Positions 27,211 to 40,704 of a stretch of 64,000 nt of DNA are shown here, one piece after another. This DNA is from the human T2T-CHM13v2.0 reference genome, Homo sapiens. Below the pieces are notes generated by a model. The model was not told the origin of the DNA, ran no database searches, and saw only the letters and a program-made list of their open reading frames with translations. The position numbers and the translations under genes are program-made. Every line of letters starts with the position of its first letter. Position 1 is the stretch's first letter. The DNA is taken from NCBI RefSeq assembly GCF_009914755.1, contig NC_060937.1; one strand, 5' to 3'.

Positions 27211-28149
27211 TGAGGTATTAAGAAAACTTTATTAGGAAAATGCAAATGGCTGCTTTCCCCAGTTCAGAAAGATCTTTGCCTCAGCTCAGGAGGACAAAGT
27301 GCTTGCACTTTTCAAAATGTGAAAAAGAAAAGGCTTTCACTATTGCTGGTCATTGGTCCTCCATGAAGTAAAAAATAAATAAATAAATAACAAAAATATA
27401 AGACAAGAAAGAAAAGGAACAGATCCTTGCCTCATTAAGCAACCAAGGTTAGTACAAAATATTTTGCTGAAAAGTAGGACAGAGATTAAATTGAACCTAT
27501 GTTTAAAGCAAAATGATTGCTGTGACATGCATTTCTCATATCAGAGCAATTTAGATAGGAAATAACTGGTAAGCAAACATTCTGTATTATAAATGAGAAA
27601 ATCCTGGAAAGATTATTGTTGTCTTTTTCACTGAACACATCAGCAGGAAAATTATTCAGCCCCAGGCAGAGGAAACAAATATCATCAAATACAACAGGGT
27701 TGCTGTTTGGATCCTTCTACTATCCTCAAGGACTGTCATGTTTTCAGTACCCATTTCTTTGTATGTTGCCTTTCAGTACAAGTCTTTATGTCTTGTACAC
27801 ATTCAGTCTGTTTATTTTTTGTATTGCTGCCATTGTAAACTTCTAGAATCTTAAGTATACCAAGGACAACTGCTTTTTCTGAAATAATAATATGATGCAA
27901 ATACTGAAAATAAATATAATTTGAACAAATCTAAAGCGGATTTATATAACTTGACTGTTTCAATATTTACAACATTTAGAAACTAGATTTCATTTGCACA
28001 GAAGTCCAAAAAAAATTAACAATACCTAGGGTAGTGTTACAAAGTTAGTCAGATCTCAATAAAAACGAGCTATATGAAAAACAAAACAAGTAGTAAAGCC
28101 ATTTAATCACAAACTACCCAGCCTGATAAGGAGAGCAGAAACGCAGTCT

Positions 28150-28652
28150 CGTAAGACCCATTACCCACTATTGCTTTCTCTGCTTATATGATAGGGTTCC
28201 TGACCGTATGGGTTTATTTCCCAAGCTCTCAAGTCAGGAAACATCTGACTGGAGTTGGCCAATGGGAGGCCTTGGTGGGAGACAGGAGAATGAAAGAAAA
28301 GAAGCAGCAGAGTTATTTCTTCTTCTTCCTGCACATTTCTAGCACTCTGCCAGAGTGACCTCTCTAGAAATGCTTACATGTTCTCTGTGGTCTGACGCCC
28401 ACTAAACAGGATTGCCTAAATCCGGCTATTGCAGACAAACCTCTTAGCAGAATGGGATGGCCTCTTTCCTTTTTAGCTCTAGCTAAAATGAATTGGCCAC
28501 TCCCCATGGTTGCTGATATTTGCATTATCTCACTGTTTTTATTTTCTTGCTGAGCTTTTCCATCGCCAGTACAACCAATCCTATTCATTAAGTTTTCTGT
28601 GCTTTGCATTCATTGAGTGATTGCATATTCCTAGTTAAAACTTGAAGAATAC
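28150..28652 (+). mobile_element. LTR33-like ERVL LTR
   Basis: ttggccaatgggaggccttggtgggaga..; 3' end ttcctagttaaaacttgaagaataca. Confidence 0.5.
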
Positions 28653-29057
28653 AAGCAATATTTGATCCACTATATATGTATAATATTAAAATGTTATGAT
28701 ATCTGTATTGAAACTGTCTTTTCATAAATCTGGTCATAAATATATATCCCCGTACATTTTGACTCCATTCTCAAATTTTAAGGGAAGTTAAACTTTTATA
28801 TGCATGTTTTATAATTCCTTTCAGCAAAATTATTTTATAATGTTGGCCAACTACTATGGGGCTAAGGTTTCCTATTCCTTACTTGAAAAATATCAATAAA
28901 TCTCTCTTGTTTCTCTCTCCAAAATTGCCCCTTTTTGCAGAAAGCAAATCATCCTTCTTGGCATTATCTTTTGGCTACCTATTCTTTATTGTTTGTACTG
29001 AAGTTGTTGTTTTCTTCCACAAATTAATCCTTCATATTTGATTGGCCCAGGCTAGGC

Positions 29058-29266
29058 CAAAAAAAAAAGAAGAAAGAAAAAAAGAAAGTGAGAGAAAGAG
29101 AGAGAGAAAGAGAGGAAGGAAGGAAATATGGAAGGAAGGAAGGAAGGAAGGAAAGATGGAAGGAAGGAAAGATGGAAGGAAGGAAGGAAGGAAGGAAAGA
29201 TGGAAGGAAGGAAAGATGGAAGGAAGGAAGGAAAAGAAAGAAAGAAAAAGGAAGAGAGAAAGAAAA
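29058..29266. repeat. Polypurine tract with an interrupted (GGAA)n array
   Basis: (GGAA)3 ATAT (GGAA)6 AGAT (GGAA)3 AGAT (GGAA)6 AGAT (GGAA)3 AGAT (GGAA)4 at 29114-29233. Confidence 0.95.
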
Positions 29267-30501
29267 TAACGTTTTCTTTGAATGTCAGTCTTAGGAATGC
29301 ACTAACTCTGGTTAACTATGTTTCTGGCCTTGTGAACAAAATGAATCTGCAGTACAAAGTGATGGAACAATATTCAAAGTGAAGCAGAGATAAGAAAGGT
29401 AGAGTTTAAGATTCTCCTTGCTGTTCTTTGAAGTCAACCTCCATTAGTGTCTTTCTTATCTATATTTGTTAAATATAAATATAAGTATGTGTGTGTATAT
29501 GTATTAATTTAAATAATTGAGGAATATACTCTAAGCCAATATAATCATTTTTTATTAAGCTAGGTTGAGTTTATTTTCTGTTATTTGCAACTTAAGATGT
29601 CTTAAGTAATACACATATCACTTTATTACATTGTATTAAAATGTCACTGTTAAACCTGCTCCTTGGAACAAGGACTTTCATTGTGTTAGGATAATGAGGC
29701 CTCACAAAGAAGTTAAGTCATTCTTGTTGCCTAGAATCCATTTTTAAGGCTTGAATCTCAGACATCAACCAGAATTGAGAGCAAAAGCCACAGGTGGGCT
29801 ACAGAGTGAAAATTTGCCTCTTTCAGTCTTGACTAGCCCTAAATAAGTCAAAATGTCTATCCACCTTGGGGGTAAATTTTAAGATGGTATAAAAACAGAC
29901 AGAAAGAAATGAAATCAGGAAATATGTCAGGAAAATTGAGCCAGCTGTTTTTAGACATAGTGTAAATATTGCAAGGCAATGGATGAAATAGGATTAGTAA
30001 CTGTGTCCTCCAAATAAGTGAGCTGAGCAGAACACAGAAATTGGCCATGTGAAATTATACTGTTTCCTGCTCTATTTAATGCATTATTTTCTCTTCTATT
30101 CCTCCTTATACAACTTAAACAGATGAATCCAAGGGCAAAATGAATTGACATGCTATTGCCAGAGAAAACATGACAGGTCAGGACTGGAATCTGCCTTCGA
30201 AATGTCTATTTTATGGTCTTATACGTTTTTAAAATATACTTTAAATCCTAGGTATTCATAGTAACAATATACAGAATTATTCCAATTGTGTTTCCTCCAG
30301 TTTTTTCCTACCACTTTAAATATGCTATATCAAATGCTTTTGTTGTTGTTGTTGTTTTAGAATAAGACATTTATATTTAAAAACATAAAATTCTCATTCA
30401 GGAAAAGTACATATTGCCCCAGGATAGGTAACAGAAAATAAAGTTTCTTCAAAGCCTCACACCCTGTGTTTTCCCTCCACCACATTTTGGACTCTTCCCT
30501 A

Positions 30502-30504
<3 letters not shown>

Positions 30505-30543
<39 letters not shown>
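30505..30543. repeat. (CA)n microsatellite
   Basis: About 19 AC units. Confidence 0.95.
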
Positions 30544-30545
<2 letters not shown>

Positions 30546-30887
30546 TTTTGTTAACTAAGTTGGAGATGTCTAAAAACACGTAAGTTTTTGACCAAATAAT
30601 TTAGCAGATAAATGTGCATAGTCACACTTTGCTTCCTCTGTATATTTTTTTCTTTCAGAAATTTCCTAGTATATGTGTCCTTCATTCCTTAACTCATTGA
30701 TTATTTTCTAATAAATCTAATGGGTTAAGGGATGACAAAGATTTTCACATTTAAATTATACTTGTATTTTAATTGGGAAAATTTTAGAGATTGAAACTTT
30801 TAAATTCATGATAAATAAATGTTTAATAGTGGACACTCTGGCCTTGATACTATACTAAGAAGACAGAGTTAGATATGTGTTTGAATA

Positions 30888-32150
30888 CTAGGTTGTGGTG
30901 CAAACATAATTGTGGTTTCGAACCATGAAATTTAAATCATTATAATAGGCTCAAACACATCTTTTTTAATCAAAATAGGAACCATTACAATCAACACATT
31001 TTTGCCAATGAGAAATAAGTTTGTTTATTCCTATGGCATAAAAATCCATGCTTCGGGATTTAATGAACTCTTGGAAAGCATTTTCTGCACTCTGCTGGTT
31101 GTGGAAGCGTTTTCCCTGCAAAAAGTTATTGAGATGCTTGAAGAAGTGGTGGTTGGTTGACGAGAGGTCAGGTGGATATAGCAGATGAGGCAAAACTTCA
31201 CAGCCCAGTTCATTCAACTTTTGAAGCATTGGCTGTGTGACATGCAATCAGGCTTTGTGGAGAAGAATTAGGGTCTTTCTGTTGACCAATGCCAGCTGCA
31301 GGCATTGCAATTTTCAGTGCAGCTCATGGATTTGCTGTAATGGTTTCACTGGGATTCAGAAAGCTGTAGTGGATCAGACTGGCAGCAGACCGCTGAACAG
31401 TGACCATAACCTTTTTTTGGTGCAAGTTTGGCTTTGAGAAGTGCTTTGGAGCTTCTTCTCAGTCCAGTCACTGAGCTGGTCATCATTAGTTGTCGTATAA
31501 AATCAATGTTCTGTCACGCATCACAATCCAATCAAGAAACTTTTCATTGTTTTGTGGAATAAGAGATGACAACACTTCAAAATGCAGATTTTTAAAATTG
31601 TCTCTCAGCTCATGAGGCACCCAATTATTGAGCTTTTTCTCCTTTCCAATTTGCTTCAAATGCCAAATGACCACAGAATGATCAATGTTGAGTCCTCAGG
31701 CAACTTCTTGTGTAGTTGTAAGAGGATCAGCTTCGATGATTGGTCTCAGTTAGTCATTGTCAACTTCCAATGGCCGGCCACTACACTCCTCATCTTCAAG
31801 GTTCTCGTCTCCTTTGCAAAACTCCTTGAACCACCACTGCATTATATGTTCATTAGCAGTTCCTGGGCCAAAAGCATTGCGGACATTGCAAGTTGTCTCC
31901 ACTACCTTATGTCCTATTTTGAACTCGAATAAGAAAATCACTTAAATTTGCTTTTTGTCTAACATCGTTTCCATAGTCTACAATAAATATAAAATAAACA
32001 GCAAGTAATAAGTCATTAGCAAAAACATAAAGTGAGAAATGCCCATTAAAATGAAGTATAACATAACCACATTTAAATAAGAATGCATTCCAATATCAAG
32101 TGGCAAATTCCAACAATGCAAAAACTGCAATCTCTTTTGCACCAACCTAA
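30888..32150 (-). mobile_element. Near full-length HSMAR1 mariner DNA transposon
   Basis: TIRs ctaggttgtggtgcaaacataattgtggtt and aactgcaatctcttttgcaccaacctaa; TA on both sides (30886-30887, 32151-32152); 1263 bp. Confidence 0.95.
30966..31974 (-). pseudogene. HSMAR1 transposase pseudogene
   Basis: METMLDKKQI*VIFLFEFK..AFGPGTANE..WVPHEL..YPPDLSSTNHHFF..WQKCVDCNGSYFD, with stops and frameshifts. Confidence 0.93.
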
Positions 32151-34619
32151 TAATCCACTGAAGTGAATACTTATTCCACCAAATTGTTAGTCAAATACTG
32201 GGAATGTCAGTATGTAAAAGAGCTATGAATTCTCTTAGAATATTTTATTTACTGTACATAACCATATTAAATTATCTATTATTTATCTAATAATATGTAC
32301 ATTTAATTTTTTTAAATACTGAATTTATTCTTATTAGTTGTTACCTCATTTAGGGATCTTACGGCTTAAAGTCAATTTCATTCAATGTGACAGTAAAACT
32401 CTTTTTGAAAAATATATTGTATTTGTTTAAGTTCCTTTTCACTGGCATAGAAATGGAAACAAGTTACTGTCTACTTCATGTAATAATACTTAAATGTATG
32501 TACAGATTATCTAGGTGTTTGGATTTTTAAAAAATTTAATTCCATTAGGGTGAGTCATGAGGACACTGATATAATTTTTGACAGGTTTTAGGAGTTTTTT
32601 TTTTCTTTTTAATTGGGTCCATTTAATCAACTTTAAAATGTGTGAGTGAATGGACGTTATCTAACAATATGAATACCAGATTTTACTCAACGGTGTAAGA
32701 GCTCTGGTAAGGAGGTGGTTTAAAATTAGCTTCTCAAAACTTAATTTTCATATGCTTTTACAATACTAATGGCATTTTTTCATTCTGGATTTGTTTATTC
32801 CCTAAACTTATGCAAGACTTAATTTTTCAAAATACTGCAAAGGAAACCACTACTAATTGCTATTTTTAATAAAAAATTCCTTGTTTGGGACCAAGTTCCA
32901 TTTATGTCTGTAATGTAATTCCTTATTCTATCACTGGATGATGAATATGCTCATCCATTAACTCAGTGTCAGAAAGATTTCCTTTGCAGATTCTCAATGT
33001 CCTGCTGCTATAATTAAACTAATCATACAGTGGGGACCATTGTGGCCTACTCAATTTTATGTAATTTTATAAATTACTTAACAAAATTTCTTAAACTATT
33101 TGCAAGACTGTTCGTATAAATGATTTCACAAGTTAAAAACAATTCTTTATTAGACTTCTGGTAATGACTTTTACTTTGCTAAACATGACCACAAAAATTA
33201 CAGTAAGTTTTCCAATCATTATTATAAATATTTCTCAGCTGCTGCTACAGTTGGCCTTGTGGCTGCTGCCAATTTTACATGGCCTTTTCTAGGCTCCTGC
33301 ACAATTATGTGTATCATTAGCTTACACTGTTTACTTCTTATTGCCATTTGCAATTTTGTTACTGTAACTCTCAAGAACACACATTTTTTGTCTTTCTTTT
33401 TTTTTTCCTGGCTATTTGTTCTTAAAAAAAAAATCCAGCTGCTCTTTTCCTTGTGGCATGTCATTGCTTCCATTGGTTAACCTCCTACCTCTGCCATCTT
33501 CAAGGCAAAACTATTGTGTCTTTTACTATACAATTTATACTATTTATGATCTATACTGGCTCCACACTGACCATTACATCTTTCCATTCTAATACATCCT
33601 GTAAGACCTGATTTAGTCCTCAGAGCAATGTGATGAGGTAAGCCTCTGACTTATAAGCACTAACGTTTGGATTCACTCACTTCTCTTTTCCAACTACATT
33701 CTGAGTATTGGAACGAAACGGATGTTTTCTACGAAGAATGACACCAGGATACCTTTCAGTATCTCTTCCTTAGGGCACAGGATATTACATTCAGAATAAT
33801 ACACAGAATATTTTCAAATGCAGAATAGAAAAATTTGGTTAATATGTAAATATTGAAAAATATTCAAAATTAGAATACACAGCAAATTATATGTTAACCT
33901 AAATAGTAAGATATACATCAAATATACTAAAACGAGAGTTTATTATACCATTCTATGGGACAAAATTGTATGTAATCACAGGAGCTGTTATCCAATAAAG
34001 GAAGTAAAATTTCAAGAGAATATAACTGAGATTTTTAAGATAAAAAGAGGAGAATTACATATTTAAGAAGCATAAATAAATCACTGCTTATAAAATATTT
34101 CACATTAATAGAATAAATATGAATAAAAAGTCAAATAATTTACTAAATAAAATGAAGAAATCATAAGAATATAATTAAATTATATTTTATTGTTTTAAAG
34201 GGAACTAACAGTTGGAAATAATAAAGTACAAATAAAGTATGATTAGACATATTCACAAACTCAAAATATATATAGGTAAATTTTCTTTAGAGTCTCTGAT
34301 TCTTTGCTTCCTTGATTCTGGTAATACTATAAAATACTGTGTAAGAAACTGTGTTTGGCTGTGTGAGAAATAAAATCCAGAATACAATATGGTGCTTGGA
34401 TATAGAATTAAGAGTAATCGTTTTATGGTTAAGGAAGACTGTATGGTAAGGAAGTACCTTTATAATAAGTAAGAAGAAATATCTTTGAAATCTGAAGAAA
34501 CAACATAGACAAGTACAGATACTTGAAAGTGTCCATCAAATTCAGAAATCAATGAGAAATTCACCTCTTCTGACTTCCCTTTCAAGTCTAATCATTATCA
34601 GATGAGAGAGGGCAGAACC

Positions 34620-35940
34620 ATCTTTGATAGAAGATAATCAAAGTCCAAAATACACTAGGAGATAACAAGTGAGCACCTAAGTAATCTACATAACTTTGGG
34701 AGTCTCGAGTCAGACAAATTACTTACAGAAGTACAGTAAGATGTGCACTGATATCACTGAACTGCAGCTAATGATGTCTGAAGAACTATATTGAAAATAA
34801 CACAGTCCTAAAATCTGTCAGGCTGACATATTTGTGGAAAACAGCAGACGTGGTTTAAGAAGGTTTTATGAAGTAAATACCTGTAAGAATTTAGAAAAAG
34901 GAAGGAGGAAGCCGTTGTTAAGAGCCAGGATAAAATGTAACCTAGAAATTAAAGTATAATAAAATATATATATATTTTATATATATATATATGTATAAAT
35001 CGCAAAGAACAAATCTCAATAAGCACATGTCATTTTCTTTTTTCCTTGCTTTCTTTCATTTTTTCTTCCTTCCTTCCTTCCTTCCTTCTTTCCTTCTTTT
35101 CTGTACTTGTCAAATTAGTTAATTGGGGCAGTGATAGAGTTTCACTTTTCTCAATATTGTCATTGTAGAAATCTTGGGCTGGATAATTTTTTGTTGGTGG
35201 GAGGGGTCTGCCTGCATACTGTCGGATGTTAAGCTGCTGCTTGGCCTCAGTCCTTCCCTCCTTACCTCTCTAATTGATTTGTGAAAACCTGTTTTTTTTT
35301 TTCTCCCCTCGGGAGAAAAATCATGCATATGGTTGAGAACCCTTATCTCAGATACAAGATATGTGAAAATTTTCCAGGCATTTGATGACATCTGTTATTA
35401 TGTTACTGAGATAAAATGAACAGATATAAACTGAAGATTTCTTAAAAGTAAGTTCATTGTTATCTGGCCTATTAACTTACTCATAAATATTTATTGAAAA
35501 TTTACATGATGTCGGGCACAGTACCTGGCATTGGGGTCAAAAACAATGTGAGATTATATATCAATATCAATTTGCAGAAAGTTTTTCATGGCTCTATCTT
35601 TAGTATTATAATGTTCAACATTCTACTGATGACCTGGCTGTAGAAAAATATGTTATGCATACCCAAGCAAATCTGGAAGCATTATTTAAGTGGATTTCCA
35701 AAGATTAGTCAGCATTTACTATGCAAAAGAGGAGGAAAGTAGAAGTTGGAAAGTGTTTACACTGAAGAAACAGAAAATCTAAAACCCCTGATGTGAAAAT
35801 CTCAAGGTCTGTTAGAAGAACTTTTAACAACCCATTCAGTTGGAGATAAAGAGTAAGGAAAAGTGTGAGAGTAAAGAAGAGTATGTAATAGTTAAAAAAA
35901 AAAAAGGGCAATGCCATTATGAGTCTTGTTAATAGAAAGT
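34620..35940 (+). mobile_element. CR1/L3 LINE RT remnant, fragmented
   Basis: Degenerate CR1 motifs in order: EHL..L (~34670), FQAFD (DFSKAFD, ~35371), HGSIFSIIMFNI (PQGSVLGPVLFNI, ~35590), KKKGNAIMSLVNR (KKANAILGCINR, ~35900). Confidence 0.6.
35143..35343 (-). mobile_element. MER20 hAT DNA transposon
   Basis: ttgggctggataattttttgttg..ggatgttaagc..ggttgagaacc. Confidence 0.75.
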
Positions 35941-36179
35941 CATAGAATATTTTACTTTACATATGAGCAATGAGAATATATTGGAGGGATGAAGAATGTG
36001 TAAGATAGGAAAACAGTTTTTATTTACAAGATTAACACTCAATGCAATGTTAAAAAATAGACTGAGAACAATAGAGAGCCCTTGCAATAATCAGGTGAGA
36101 TGTGATTAGAATGGTGGGGTGAGACTGAAGAGAAGCAGAGGGATTTGAAATGAATTTAAGATGAAGTGAAAGAAGATAC

Positions 36180-36375
36180 TGTTGTGCAACACCCTGATCG
36201 ACTCCCACCCCTTTCAAAAATGAAGCAATCATTCCCACAGCTGCTGGGTTGTGGGAAGCTGACAGCTCTCATCTGATTGCCTACCTGGAAATTTCCTTTT
36301 AGAAGAGAGCCACTATGTTCAAAGCCATGACCCATTTTTATGGTCAACCTGCATTCAATGAAAAGTCAATGCGCG
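36180..36375 (+). mobile_element. LTR16A-like ERVL LTR fragment
   Basis: tcattcccacagctgctggg..gctgacagctctca..gaagagagcc..cattcaatga. Confidence 0.55.
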
Positions 36376-39300
36376 TTACACAATTCTGGGATGATTTGTT
36401 ACACATAAAGACGAACTACAACATGCCTATTGTTTCAGATGCCTGTGATTTTACTTTTTAATTAGTTTATAAATATCTTGTAAGCTACAAATGACTGATG
36501 TGATTAAAATTGTACTTGATAAAATATTTACATCTATCGCGGACACTGTTAAATTAATAATGTTGCATGAAAATCACTCTGAGAAGTGGTAGCTTTTGTG
36601 GTAATGAAAAGTAGCGAGGTGTTAACTTTGTTGCCTACACTTAGGGTGTTTCCTGATTAACTTTCACTGCTTGAGAAGTTTTTTTTTTAAATTCCATTAA
36701 TTCTGTTGCAATGAAATATTTTATTTATAGCCCTCAAATGCATGAAGTGCCACATTTTTCACTTGAAAACGTTTTATGTAAAGGCTAAAAGAGAGCCAAA
36801 GATAAGAATACACCTTACAATCTCAAAAGAAGATAAGAACATAGTAACAAAAAAAAATTGCAAACATTAGTACTATAAAGTACTCAAATCTTGTACTAAA
36901 TATATTTGTCTCCTACTTTCCCTTCAACATCGTAGCTTTGTTAAATGTTTCACTCTAAATTTTAGAATACTGTAATATGTGCTTTATAGTTGTACCAAAA
37001 TGAAAAGAAATCTCCACCAATGAATATTGACCCAAAGAAACTTGCTTCTATCCACGTTTGCATTTCCCCAGAACATTTTCTGTATGGTTTCTGCAGGTGA
37101 GTGTTGATCCTTCGGCTTCAAGGAGGGTATCTCCATGTACTTTTTCTATATTCTTCTTTGGTACTTTTGTTCTGAAATGAGACAAGAAAGGTGCACTTTC
37201 TGCAGTGAGCCACAGTTCAAGTAGTCCTTACTTTTAAATTTTCCAATTGCTTCTCTTTCTGGAGACATTTATTTAAGAGTGTTCTTGATCATTATTAAAT
37301 CTGGCAGATTCATCCTGAGTGCCTGCAGTGCACCAGTTCCTTTTGGAAGCAGAAAGAGAGAGTGACTGCTGTATAGAGAATAACATCTGTCTGAAATAGC
37401 ACTGAGCTTTGACCTTGGCAGTTTCTCTTTAGCTGCTTTGAGCATTTATTCAGAGTAGGCAGTGACTCATTGGATCTGCTACTACACTGGTCATGTTATA
37501 TTAATTCCGAAGCCTTGGTGGGGCAGAGCCTCCATCTTTAATCTCTGTTTGTGTACAACAAACGTTCAGACTTATGTATAGTTAACCTTCAAAATAAACT
37601 CATTTTATGCTTTTAAACATTCATTTGGAAATAATAAAGATCTGATTATGAGACTGCTTTTCTTAATGTAGAGTAATGATAAGATAATCATATGTTGGAC
37701 TACCTTATATGTGGCTCCTTTTTGGCTGGCGTTTGCAAAGTAATTTCAAAATTTTCTTCTCATGATGAGAAAAATAGGAATATTCCTTTTATTTCATTTT
37801 TCTGGGTCTATTAGAGTAGGAATTTTATTTACATATTCACATGCAACTTAACAAAAGGAATTTTTAATACTTTGTCAACAAACAAAACTAAAATCATATG
37901 GCATTCTCAAATATGATACTTAATAATTACCGTATATACATGTATACCACATACAATTAAATCCACCAATACCATTAGATTTGTTTAGACTAGTGATGAT
38001 TTACAAAACAATAAAGCAATGACATGCAGAAATTATTTAACATATATTTTCTCTATTCTAACTATGATACGCACATACACACACATATATATGTGTATTC
38101 ATCATATGTATATATATATATATTTATACATATATATAATGAAAAATGTTTTATTTGGACAACAGTTTTTGAAAAATGTGCCATATCCTCCATTAATATA
38201 AACTAGATTTTTAAAAATTTCACTGAAGGGGACACATAGAGAAATAAACATTTAAGCATTTTGACTAAATGCTGTCATTCTGATTATAAAATCCAAAAGC
38301 ATATAGTTCATATGTCATTTTTCTTTTCTGAAACTATCAAAGACAAACACAGAAGGAAAACAAACTCTGTGTAATTGATTACATAAAACAGATTTTATTT
38401 TCAACAACAAAATTTACATCTGAAATTATATTAGAATTCCATCCTTCCAAAAAACTACCTATTCAATTTCATATCTGAAGTAAGTTTTTTAAATGGAATC
38501 TTAATTAATGTTAATTATTTTCTACAGTGAATTTGCCATTTTATTTAAGGTGCATTTAATCATGTATTTCTTTTGAGTATTGAGTGAGTAAAATTATATA
38601 CTCTCTCTCCCACCTTTCACACATTTGTCTTTTGCAGCATTTCTCTTTTATTGTTGTTCATCAATTGAATTAATGAACTGTGAAATCAGTTATTATTCTG
38701 AGGGTATATAAATTATCATTTTTAAATCTATGCTTCCTTTAATCCGTATAAAACTGAGAAGCATTTTTCATACATCTTGAAAAAGGATTAAATAAACATC
38801 AACCTAAGAAATAGCAGCTGGTGAGTTAGTGTCAGTCACTAGCTGCACATGTGATTCCAGCTGAGACATTGCACTCTATGTGCAAGCTACAAGTAAATGG
38901 TATAGAAAGTACTCTGTCAGGGTGAATCTGTCCTCTGGGTCTTTACAGAGCATAATTAGTTTCATGTAAAATGAGTGGTTTTCAAGTTTATTATATATGA
39001 ATTTAATATACCAAATAGATAGAATACAAGAAATGATAAGTGGGAAAATTTCAAAAGATTTATATTTCTCTAGTGAGCACAAAAATAGCCTATCCTGCAT
39101 TCTTCTCAGTTGCCACAAGATGTGTAGTACTCTGACTTTTCCCACAAGTGAAGTGATTAACTGTCTTGTGAGGGGCATTTTACTCTTTCATTTTTTTTCT
39201 ACTAAGGATAAAAAAGAAAAAAAAACATAAAAAGGATACATGACTGAGTTTGTAAAATTAAACTCTGTGCAAAAATGACACCTCCTCCATATAAAGTGTT

Positions 39301-40704
39301 TGAATTATACAAATCTCTGGACAATAATTTTGGAAAATTTCATAGGTGCCTTTCAGTTCACCTCTAGTTTATTTGTTATTGATAATATGAATACAACAGG
39401 AAAATGAATTCGATAAATTTCCTCTGCTTGTCTATAATCATATATTTATTTTAGGAAGCTTTTCTTTCTATAATGTATTAACAGGGACTTCTGTAACATT
39501 TTATCTTTAGCTTTCTCTTATTACATATTTGAAATAGTACATTATATTATTAGAAATACTATATTTCTTATATAATATTAGAAATAATTTTTTTCTTAGA
39601 AGTAGGGTTTTCCTATAATATTTTCCTTCTATTAAAAGCTTTACTTAATTAAACAAAAGATCTTTCTGACCAGAGACAGCTCCTTCTAGTCTATATGTTT
39701 GGTGGATCAGAGAAATGGCCACGTACATTCTCAGGGGCTATCTTTTTAAAAAGCCCTTCTCTAACTACCTGCTCTGACATTGTCTCCTCAGTTACTTCTT
39801 AGTATATCACTCTGTTTCATTCTCTGTCTAGGATTTACTATTATTTGGCACATTTTCTTCACTTACTTTTTCCCGATACATATATTTTTTTCAGGTTTTG
39901 CCCCCAACTACCATCATTTCCATACAAGATCAGTATCCTTGCCAAACTTGTTTATTTCTTTTTTCTTATACTAGAAGTATGCCTTGTACCACTAAGAATC
40001 AAGAAAAACACTCAAAAACTACCTTTACATATCAAGGACAAAAGGAAAATAAATGACATATGTGTTGAGCATCAGCTATGAGTCTGACAGTAAAGTAAAA
40101 AATGTGTGTGTGCAACTGGATCTTAAAATAAAGATTTCACTTAGGCACTTTCTAAAATGCTATGCTGACACAAGTTTCAAAAATTTTCAGATTACTATGC
40201 AAAAAGACAGTTAGAATAATGAGCAAGAAGATTGAAAGAGAGAAACAGCAAGGCAAATGAAGAGAACATGTAAACAATGCAGGAAGCAAGCATTGAGGAA
40301 ATAAAGCTCATTTCTATCTTTGACTCCCCTCTGCTCCTGTCTACTGAACATTCTGGGAACATATTCTGTACATTCATCATTTCTAATGCAGCATTTCATT
40401 TCTTCACCCAAATGATCGCTGCTCCAATTTTTCCTACCTGAAATATCATTCGGAGTATTTAAGGCTTAACTCAGTTGCCATGGCTTCTCTAAGTAGTTTC
40501 TAATCCCACCAGCATATAACCCCAAAATATAGCATTTACTTCATTTTAGACCTTGGAAAATATTATTGAATTCATATCTGCTTCCTCTACTCAATTTTAA
40601 GGTCTTTCATTATAGGTAACTACTTTATTGATCTTAGCAACTCAGTGCAAGAGAGGACAACTTGTATGTAATTTCCTATAAATAATGAAATGTAATGTAC
40701 TCAA

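Noticed and set aside
29042-29382. Lys/Glu/Arg-rich ORFs
   Set aside because: Translations of the GGAA/polypurine repeat.
30966-31974. SETMAR gene
   Set aside because: Both TIRs and multiple stops/frameshifts are present and there are no SET-domain exons; this is a dead HSMAR1 copy.
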